A stretch of DNA of 64,000 nucleotides from Octopus vulgaris (lineage: Eukaryota). Position 1 is the first letter of the stretch, and each line of letters begins with the position of its first letter. The notes beneath the pieces were generated by a model. The model saw only the letters and a list, made by a program, of their open reading frames with translations, was not told where the DNA came from and ran no database searches. Both the position numbers and the translations under genes were made by a program. This document shows, one piece after another, positions 53,617-64,000 of the stretch. The stretch is from the NCBI GenBank assembly GCA_951406725.2, contig OX597819.1, forward strand, positions 75,950,001 to 76,014,000. The letters are read 5' to 3'.

Positions 53617-53999
53617 TATATAGAAAGAGAGGGAGAGGGAGAAAGAATTAGACAGAATTTAGTGACACAGGATATGAATATAGACTAGATGGCTGAGGTT
53701 AAAACACGCCAGGGATCGTTCTGCACATTAAATACAAATATTATAGATTCATACATATTTAATGCATAGATAAGTAGAATTTCGAATGACTGAAATGATC
53801 TGTATAGTTCATAAGCAAATACGTCTTCAAGAGTGCTTAAATCAAAAATGATTACTTGATGGACATATAATACAACCGTGACTAGAGTAGATCTAGTTTT
53901 CAAAGACGACTCGGGAAAAAAAAACATCGAACATACCATGTCTCAATAGCTATGCAGCATATTCTACTTGGTTTCTAAGAAGAATGTTTGAGTATATTT

Positions 54000-54096
<97 letters not shown>

Positions 54097-54307
54097 CACA
54101 CAAAGACAATGTAGTAAAGTCGATCATTTATATGACCGAGAAAAAATAAATTGAGGTGTACTTTCTCATACTAAATATAAATAATCTCAAAGGCCTGAAA
54201 TATATCATATTCTGCGCTGAAATATTTCGATCAACTAAGATTATCCTAGCAAATTCCAGACAAAAAAATTCGATTGGGTGGGATTTAAAAACCTATGAAT
54301 TCTTCTG

Positions 54308-54508
54308 GCAACCTGGCAAAATTGTTAGCAGCGTCGGGCAAAATGGTTAGAGGCATTTCATCCGTTCTTACCTTCTGAGTTCAAATTCCGCCGAGATACG
54401 TTTTCATACTTTCTGGGTCGATAAAATAAATACCAGTCAACCACCAGGGTCGATGTAATCGACTTATCCCTTCTCCCTAAATTACCAGCCACGTGCCAAA
54501 ATTTGAAC
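54308..54508 (+). mobile_element. SINE family B (diverged)
   Basis: TTCTGAGTTCAAATTCCGCCGAG..GGGTCGATAAAATAA..GGGTCGATGTAATCGACT. Confidence 0.8.
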
Positions 54509-55258
54509 ACAAGATTTCTTCTAGAGATGTTTGAAATTCAAAATAACCAGAAAAGAATTTAGTCTAATGTGTTAATTTGATGAAAACTTAGAATGCAAAT
54601 AATGCTGACTTTAGTTAAAATATGTTGGTGACATATTTCAACTTCTAAGCGCAAATTCATCGCTGTTACCTTGGAGGAAAAAAAATTATCTCTTATGGTG
54701 AAAAGGTGTAAAGACACCGTGTCCTGTCAGTTGGATTCCAAGACGCGTTTCTAGCCCTTCAATTGTTATGAATGGGAAATACGGAAGAGGGGAAACTCAA
54801 CACTGAACAGGCTTAATTAAAGATGAAGCTTTAATTGAAGAAACAATTAACTACATTGACTGAATTGCGCCATTAGGCCGCGAAATCGGAAAAAACTACA
54901 GCAGTACCAGCACCAATCAGTGTTTAGGTATGAGCGATCTTTAGGTTCGTTAAAACGTCTGTGACATATTTCAGCTCCTAAAGGCAAATGCACTCTCTTA
55001 TGGTAAAAAAGGTGTAAAAGCACTATATTTATCCATGCTGCCAGCTATTGGATTCCAGGACTAATTTCTAGATCTTTAGCCGGTGTCAGCTTGATAATCT
55101 TTTCTCTACGGTAACCGTTGGGAATTTGTCTTTAGATGTTGAAATATGTCACAGATATGTTTTAACTGACCTAAAGTTTCCTTACGCCTAAACATTGCTT
55201 GGCGCTGATACTGTTGTAATATATATATATATATACATACATACACACACACACACAC

Positions 55259-55316
<58 letters not shown>

Positions 55317-57973
55317 CTATCGAGAAAGAGACAGAGGAAGAGAGACAGAGAGAGAGAGAGATAGATAAGATAATGATGCAAATAGACATGCTTGGGCGCT
55401 TGATATACAAAATATACATACATGTAAATATATGTATAGAGAAACAAAGCTGAAAATCATGTATAAGTATGTAGATACGATATATTTGCAGAACAGCTTT
55501 ACATAGAATACAAAAGATACGGAAAACTAAGTGGAGAGGGCATGACATTTCGGATCCGACAGCTGTATCGAGGGTCTCGGAATTATGTAACAGTAATGAT
55601 GTTAGATGGATTATGCAAAGATTCAAGGGTATGCAACTAGTAGTGGATGCATATAAATATTACCGTAAATCCGGCCTTCAGGGTGTCGGAGAAATTATAA
55701 TGGAAAACGATGTTAAAGAGACAAAATTATCCTGGCTATAATATATTTAGAATTAAATTGTTTTGAGACGGTAGGCTTGAATTGAGGGATATTTCACTGC
55801 TATTTATAGCTGGTCTAGCGCTTATGAGAGGGCTGGTGACTCCGATGTTTGATCGTAGAAATCATTATAATTGTAGGACTGAATAACTGGAGTGATGAGA
55901 TATATATTTCACAGTTTCGCATTATCCCATTTTCTCAACGAAATGAGCTTGCTAATAGCTTTTATAGAGATTTATACTGTACTAACTATATTTCCAAACA
56001 TTGCCTTCATGATAAGTTTCATAAAACGAACGTTATAAATTTTACACAATTCACGGAATATGCTTAATATCCATTCATCTATATAGACTCTATTACTAAA
56101 CGTTTGGTTCTTTGTTAGTTTTAATCATTTCAGCCATCTTAATGGGTTTTTTCTCATCTTTTGTTTTGTTTTAAATTCACTTGAATCGATTGTCATAGAA
56201 AGATTGCTTTTGGAACAACTCTTTCATTTCAAACTCCCCAAGCCATTAAATATATATATATATATACAAAATGTAATAAAATGTAGTAAAACAAAACAAA
56301 TTTTACAATATTGGTAACATTATTTATATGTGATACTAGTTGCTCTGTTTGCGAAAATTCAAACGAATTTAGTTGTACCAAACAATCTCTTCTTTGTTGT
56401 TTACAAATTATCTGCATGGTTTATTTTCCTACGTTCTTCAATCGCCGGTTCTTTGAGACAATATATTTATAACTTCATTAAGTTTTCTATAGCAATAGCT
56501 TTGTGAGCGAAATAAAGAAATATTTTAAAATAAAATTTGATACCTATATTTGTTGTTGTTGGTCTGGTTGTTGTTGTTGTTATTGCTGTTGTTAAGTGTG
56601 GAAAATGTCTTTTCTTTTTTATGACATACAGTGATATTTGAGAGCAATATTGCTGCTATTTCTTTCAAGCTAAGAGGTAGCTGCCTATTATTGACATACT
56701 GGTTAAATACTAAATTAGCAATCACGAGTTTTTATTTTGCAATCCTGACGATTTTCTAATCTAAGATTCGTCACCTGCATTTCAAAGAAATCAGGTTCGC
56801 CGGAGCTTTTCCAAGTATTGTGAAATGAAACAATTATTCAAAAGCATATAAATGGGGGAAGAGGCTTTTCCATCTGACTTGGAATTGGATATTTTTGATC
56901 AAATGTTAGTCTTATGATGTTGGTAAAGTCTAGAAAGAAACCTATATTACATTCTCAGCAATACACATGTAGACAGCTTCTTTGAATCATAAGTAGAAAG
57001 AGAATGACTTTAAGAGAGCTCGTCAAGATCGGTAAGTAAGTCAGAAGAGAAGTAAATAAGTAAGCGAGCTTCTCCAAAAGCAAAAGACTTTCTGAATTTG
57101 CTTATATAAATCTATGGTTTCCACTTGATAACTTTTTAGTAAAGGAAATCTCTTATTTTTTTCTCTGGCAACCTATTATGCACTGTTGTCACTGAATAAC
57201 ATTTTACTCAAACTTTTCTGGGGCTCCTTTATATATACATGAATATAATCATAAGGCAGCAAATCGCCAATTAATAAGGACAGGTAAGTTTCTACAACAT
57301 TACGGCATTGAATTAAATGATATCAGGTTAAGCGACAAGATAATGCAGCATGTCTCTGGGTATATACTCTCTTATTTACAAGATCAGCAGAACAGTACTG
57401 GATTCAGCAAAAGTAAGTACTATTTAATGAATGCAGAAGTTGCACGGGAGCTGCCTCTGGTTTCGTGTCCAGATAGCTCAGTAATCAGACGTGCGCACAT
57501 GGCGTACCATGCACGATCTGTTAATTATTCAAGGTTAAACGACGTAGATACTTCATGAGGAAGCGCAAGAAAAACATTGGGAGTCCGAAATAAAAGAACG
57601 AGAAGAAATCGTCTACGTATTTTGTAAAATTACTATAATCTGATCAGCGGATTAAGCACATAGGTTAACGAACTTAGCATTGGTTTTAGTCGATTACTCC
57701 CACTAAACATTTAAAGATTAAACAGCAACATAAACATTCTTCTTCTTGTAGAGGGTTACAAGAATATAAACTTTATTACCATTTCCCCTTAACGTTTGTT
57801 TGGTCGTTTTTTCCTCTCGGATTTCTTAATGGAGTAGCCTCATCGTTTGAGCTTGAACGATTGCCAGCCCGAGTCCGGTACGCTGTACACGTCAGTCTGA
57901 TTACTGTATTATCCGAGTATGAAATTTGAAGAGTCAACTCAGGTATAACAACTATATTAATTACTTGATATAA

Positions 57974-58042
<69 letters not shown>

Positions 58043-58146
58043 CATATATACATGAGAAACGCTAAACATAAATTCACTACGTACACACATGGAATTATCA
58101 ACTCAACAGCAACAGTCGTACATGTAAGTACACGCGCAAGGTATAT

Positions 58147-58361
58147 TCTTTTCTACTCTAGGCACAAGGCACGAAATTTTGAGGGAGGTAGCTAGTCGAT
58201 TAGATCGAGCCCAGTACGCCGCTAGTACTTAATTCATCGACCCCGAAAGGATGAAACGCAAAGTCGACCTCGGCGGAACTTGAACTCAGAACGTAGCGGC
58301 AGAGGAAATAACGCTAATAATTTCGCCCAGCGTACTAACGTTTCTGCCAGCCCTCCGCCTT
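58147..58361 (-). mobile_element. SINE family B with TSD
   Basis: ACGCGCAAG(G/A)TATATT on both sides. Confidence 0.9.
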
Positions 58362-58905
58362 ACGCGCAAGATATATTGTAAACATTTATACCGACTTAAA
58401 TATGGATGTTTAATACTGCGGTAGCTATCATGAGAGAACCTCTCATATTGGTTTTTTGGTCAAAATTCAATCTTATTGTTGTGTTTTATGTCTTGCACCA
58501 AAAGCCAATATGAAAATTTCTCAAATAGTAACTGCCACAGTATTGTTTGTTCTAACAGATCATCCACGTTTAATTGTGGGTATTACTTTTGGTATTAATA
58601 CTCCCTCTGTCGCTAATAAAAATCTTTTGATACTGTAAATATATACATGCATACAAACATACATACATATAAATGTATGTATGTATATATGTATGATATA
58701 AACAGTTATAGAGAGGAAAATAAAGATGAGAATAATACAGATAATTCCGAGTGTTCATCTTAGTTCAGCTAAAGACATGGTATTCCTCATTGAACACATG
58801 TTCATTTGGAAAATTCAAATTTCAAGAAATTATTTAGATTTAAATCAACACTGAATATATGAACAAAATAGACGGGGAGGAAGACATCTCGCATTTATAA
58901 TGTAG

Positions 58906-58989
<84 letters not shown>

Positions 58990-58990
58990 C

Positions 58991-59047
<57 letters not shown>

Positions 59048-59048
59048 C

Positions 59049-59102
<54 letters not shown>

Positions 59103-59378
59103 TTATCTATCTATGTGTGAGAATATACTTGCGTGCTTATATACATGTATGTATATACGCCTGGGTTTACAATCGAGGATATATACTCGATGCAAGCTTG
59201 TGCTTATTCCATTGCGGCTCCGACTTTCTCGGTTGAATTGGTTTGTCTGAACAAACGCAGACAAGCGATAAACTCGAAATAACGAAGAAGTGAACCTGAT
59301 TCTATCAAATCTATCTTTCTATTGATCTGGTTTTCTTTCGTTCCTTCTTCTTCCTCCTTTCTTTGTGTATGTGTGTGA

Positions 59379-59480
<102 letters not shown>

Positions 59481-60114
59481 CAAAACATCATCATTTTTAT
59501 CATCATCATCATCATCATTAGAGCAGCGAGGAATTCTTTCTCCACTTCTTTTCGTCTTATAACCTTAATCTCTTTTGTCACAGTTTTCCAATTTATTCAA
59601 ATGTTCCCGTTGGCTATCCCACTCTTACTACAACCCTTGTCCGCCTACTTATATGTTTCACTTTCTTATCCCTCCATTCCTCTTCCGCTATATTAAATAT
59701 TATTCTTTTCTCTCACAATCTATTTGCTCAGCATTATCGAAAAACATTTTGCTATTTCTCGGTGAAGGGGTCTACAGGAAACATCAGACATTTCTTCCTC
59801 CTCACGACCTACTAATTTATTTCACGTAGGAAAGTCTTTGGGTTTCTGACACTTTAAACAGATTACTGTAGTGGTTTTCAAATGGCATCACACAGTTACG
59901 TTGCCAGGTATTTATATATCTTTAAAAAATATTTTTACATTTTACAAACTATTCTTTGAACGCCTTGAAAAATAAATACGCTATTCACAATTTTATAAAG
60001 CACAAACATATACATGTACAAATGTCTAGTCATGCAACTATATGCATAAAATTAAATCTACAGATCTGCACATGCACTGACTCCAAATACTATACATATA
60101 CGCACATACATGCA

Positions 60115-60215
60115 CAAATAACCTGTTGGTGTTGCTGAAATTCCATTGACGGGGACGTGGATCTAGGTTAGAAACTGGCTCTTTCTCTATCTTGAAATAA
60201 ACGGAATAATAACAT
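60115..60215 (+). repeat. Second copy of the 3857-3965 repeat
   Basis: CCTGTTG..GAAATTCCA..GGATCTAGGTTAGAAACTGGCTCTTTC. Confidence 0.55.
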
Positions 60216-60511
60216 TCATCCATCCATATGCGTATATGTTATTATACGCTAGCTTATATGTAAATGTACATAGCTTAAGAGAGACCTAGTATCTCGTGGT
60301 CAGTTCAGAGTCGCCTCTCAATGTTCGATACTTAAAAGGTGATAATTACTCCGAAATGCATCTATCGACCTGGGTAGAGAGTGCTCCGAACTGACTTGGT
60401 GTGTTCATATCTTTTTTTTTTACAGTGAGAATTTTTCTCCATCACAAAATGCAGTGAATATCCTTCTTAAGTCTTCAAATGTCTCAAACATATTTAAGCT
60501 GGTAACATGTT

Positions 60512-60614
<103 letters not shown>

Positions 60615-62142
60615 GTGTGATTGATAAGATAGGGAAAGCAATAATGTCTCTCTCTAAGTTACTCTACTAAACTTTTAACTCTAATGGTTGTTCCGTTTTT
60701 TGCTCCCTATTTAATATTTCATATGAAATATGCTGGTAATTTTGTGTTTGATTTGTCTTCCACAAAATCATAAAGAATGAGAACAGTCGTATATGGGGAT
60801 AAAGTTATATGTGAATAAATAATGAAGAGCTGGAAAATGGTGTGATAACATTAATTAATGAAGTTTTTACTTATATCAAGGTGACGTAAACATTGTGAAC
60901 AAATGTTCAACTCAAGTCAACAAAAGCTCAACTCAGATATAAACAATAGATAAATAAATAAACAAGTAAATAAAACAGTAAAATTTTGAAATCTGTTGAC
61001 ACATTTAAGACCAGTAGTACGACGGTCCATGATGAGTATCTAAATTTGACATTGGTTGGAATGCAGAATTGAAAGCAAGACTGCATACGAATGAAACAGG
61101 TGAAAGCTCTATGGTTTCGATTCTGCGTACTCGTGCATCAGTCTTATATTACATACGATATGTACTAATTTGTAAGTGGTCCTGTTGTGATCTACTAGAA
61201 ACGGTAACGATATCTACTTTGAATTACACATATAAAAAAAGGACATAATGACCATTGTAGTCTAAGATGTACAAAAGAAGCGATGACCATCATAGCTCGA
61301 AATTTCTGTTATCTTAGCTCTGCTCAACCATGGTAGATCTGAAGCTAGTAATGAATAAGTTTCAACCTGATTGCTTAATCTAAAGAAAAAGTAGCCAAAA
61401 TTCCTTCAAATATAAAAAAAAAGGTCACATTCAAAATTTCGTGCGAGATAGATACTAACTTGAGAAAGAAAAAGGTCGTGGTTAGAATCACCTTGATTCT
61501 CGGTTTCTTCAATCAGGATTGAACTGGGGGTTAAGCAACACAAAGAAGACAAGCATCAACTTTCCAGATACCTACTAATGTCTTGGTTAAGTTGAAAGTC
61601 ACAGGTTTCGGTAGGTTTGAAAAGGAGCGAAGATAAATCTGATGTGTTTCGGCAAAGCAGGCAGTCAGAAGTCTCATAGTCTCATTTTTTGTCACATATT
61701 ACTGGCATTAGAAAGTTAAGTAGCTTGGCTACAGAAAATCCATAGCGCTGGTGAAAGGATACGAAATGCTGACTCAAAAGAATGGTTTGCTTTGGTAGCT
61801 ATTAGCTGGAACATTTGCAGTTGACGATATCACGTGACCACCTCACATCACGTTGTTAGGAAATGTATGATTATGATATCGATTTGTCTAAGCAGGCTGC
61901 ATCTATACATCTTCCATGTGGCTGGTTGGCCATATCTCCACATTGGCCATATCTTCAGGGTTAAACAGCAGGATATAGAAACATCTATGATACCAATAAG
62001 AAAAAATAGGAACTAAAGAAAGTGGGTGATAAGAGAAATGTCGACAGTCGAAATGTCAAAACACACACACACACACACGCACAGACACACACACACATAT
62101 ATATATATTCTGTTCCTATTGTATTAATGAAATATAAATATT

Positions 62143-62330
62143 AGTTTCAAATTTCTGCACAAGACCATCAATTTCGGGTCAACGATATCGATCCTAGTCA
62201 ACGATATCGATCTTAGTCCTTAGCTAGTGTTCATTTTATCGACCTCGGAAGGGATGAAAGGCAAAGTGGACGTCGATGGAATTTGAATTCAAAACTTAAA
62301 GCCGGACGAAATGTCGCTAAGCATTTTGCC
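62143..62330 (-). mobile_element. SINE family B (diverged)
   Basis: TTTTATCGACCTCGGAAGGGATGAAAGGCAAAG..GGAATTTGAA..GACGAAATG.CGCTAAGCATTTTGCC. Confidence 0.75.
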
Positions 62331-63558
62331 TCCTTATTCACATTAAAAACAAACAATATTGTAATAATTGAGTAGAAACAGATATCATAAATGTTTATTT
62401 CAAAATCTTCCAATGATTATTTTGGTTCAAAGCTGAATCCATTCCAATGCTTCTGATGAAGCCATCAGAGTTATATAACCTTATTATCTCTCACACAGCA
62501 AGATTGCGTCAACTCATCTGAGAAAAATTATTTCAGCCAGTAACAACTACTAAATCTATAAAGATATCATGTTAGATCCAAGATTATTTTCTTTTGGATT
62601 TTCTGTCTTTCATACTGTAATATCTGATCTCTTGATAACTCCACTCAGACATTCTCGACCCAGTCGCCTCTCCTACTTTCCACACCCAAAATGTAAACAT
62701 CCTAAAGTCACTTATTAACCTCCAACAGCCGATCCTTTCTTCGCATATGTCATTGACCATTTTATGCCTATGTTTTCCCTTCAGTTCGCAACTTGCAACT
62801 ATTCTAGAGGACCATTACGCGCTTAGATTTCACTGATCTCGAAAAGCCTGTTAGAGCAATAAACACATTTCACTTCTCTCAACAAAGCTATAAAAAAATA
62901 GAAGGTGTACTAAACCTTCTCTAAAAGAGACGTTCTATACTTAAATTAGAAAACATTTGAATTTAAGATTCGGATTTAAACCTCATGGTATTCCTGATTA
63001 AAGGAATTTCCCACTTTTTGTGTCGCCAATATTTTCGAAGGAGTGATCATAACTTCATTTGGCGTTCATGAAGTGCTTGTTCTCAATACTCTTGAACTCT
63101 TTTTCTGGTTATTACCATGTAGCTCTGACCATGCGGAAGTATTTCCATCAAAGAACAAACAATCTTCCGAGCAAAGAATTCTTACACTAAGTGATCGATT
63201 TGGCTGTTAGAAATAGCAGAAATATCTCCAGCAAATGCTTAAGTAAAGAAAAAGAAACACTTCCACATCTTAAATAAGAAAGATAAGCGATACTGTTTTC
63301 CAACATCTCATCAACAAAGCAGGGTAGTCACAATTAGAGAATCTATTATATCTCTATTTCTTCCTAATTGACCTGGGATTAACCGAGAAAAGCACCAACA
63401 AACCCATTGACATATCTTCAACCGGTTGAGTATCTCATATCGAGCATGCGCATTATCAATCTCATTATAGAAACACCTAACTCTGTGAGTCGATCTAATA
63501 TTGAAATATCGGTTTTCTATCTGCAACTGAATCATCTTGAATTATGATGCTAATATCG

Positions 63559-63935
63559 TGGCACATCGTCGGTTACGACGACGAGGGTTCCAGTTGATCC
63601 AATCAGTGGAACAGCCTGCTAGTGAAATTAACTTGCAAGTGGCTGAGTACTCCACAGACAAGTGTACCCTTAATATAGTTTTCAGTGAGATTCAGCGTGA
63701 CACAGAGTGTGACAAGGCAGGCCCTTTGAAATACAGGTACAACAGAAACAGGAAGAAAGAGTGAGAGAAAGTTGTGGTGAAAGAGTACAACAGGGTTCGC
63801 TACAACCCCTGCCGAAGCCTTGTGGAGCTTTAGGTGTTTTCGTTCAATAAACACTCACAACACCGGTCTGGGAATCGAAACCTCGACCCTACGACTATGA
63901 GTCCGCTGCTCTAACCACGAGGCCATTGCGCCTCA
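63559..63935 (-). mobile_element. SINE family D with an alternative 3' tail
   Basis: Head and body match 22063-22243 and 43797-44106; the 3' part differs from the 43797 copy. Confidence 0.88.
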
Positions 63936-64000
63936 CGATACTATTACACAACGGAAAGGTATGGAGATTATTCTATCTCAGTATTTGAAAGCTCGCAATA

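Noticed and set aside
62453-62468. CTGATGAAGCCATCAG
   Set aside because: A simple hairpin with no GAAA or stem III

Overview
AT-rich eukaryotic DNA packed with microsatellites ((TA)n, (CA)n, (TATC)n, (TACA)n). The SINE complement and repeat texture suggest a coleoid cephalopod (octopus-like) intergenic or intronic region; this is inference, not a database match. I can support no host protein-coding gene, and most ORF-track entries are microsatellite translations. Transposons: a decayed CR1-group LINE (CCCH-finger ORF1, APE+RT ORF2), a mariner, a Tc1, a DD41D element, an R4/Dong RT fragment, RTE remnants, a non-autonomous Helitron, a MITE and three tRNA-derived SINE families. An ~800 bp inversion joins the LINE and the mariner. 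The main finding is at least seven unrelated families of short non-coding elements embedded in (TA)n tracts, each carrying a minimal type I hammerhead ribozyme (HHR) motif with a palindromic or near-palindromic stem III. Several are built as a 5' inverted segment plus a direct or partial-tandem copy (monomers of 482 and ~495 nt). This architecture matches Penelope-like pLTRs and non-autonomous retrozymes. Several have unusual catalytic-core variants (U3-A8, U3, U6, C4, U10.1-U11.1), and in three elements the inversion junction falls at a ribozyme landmark.
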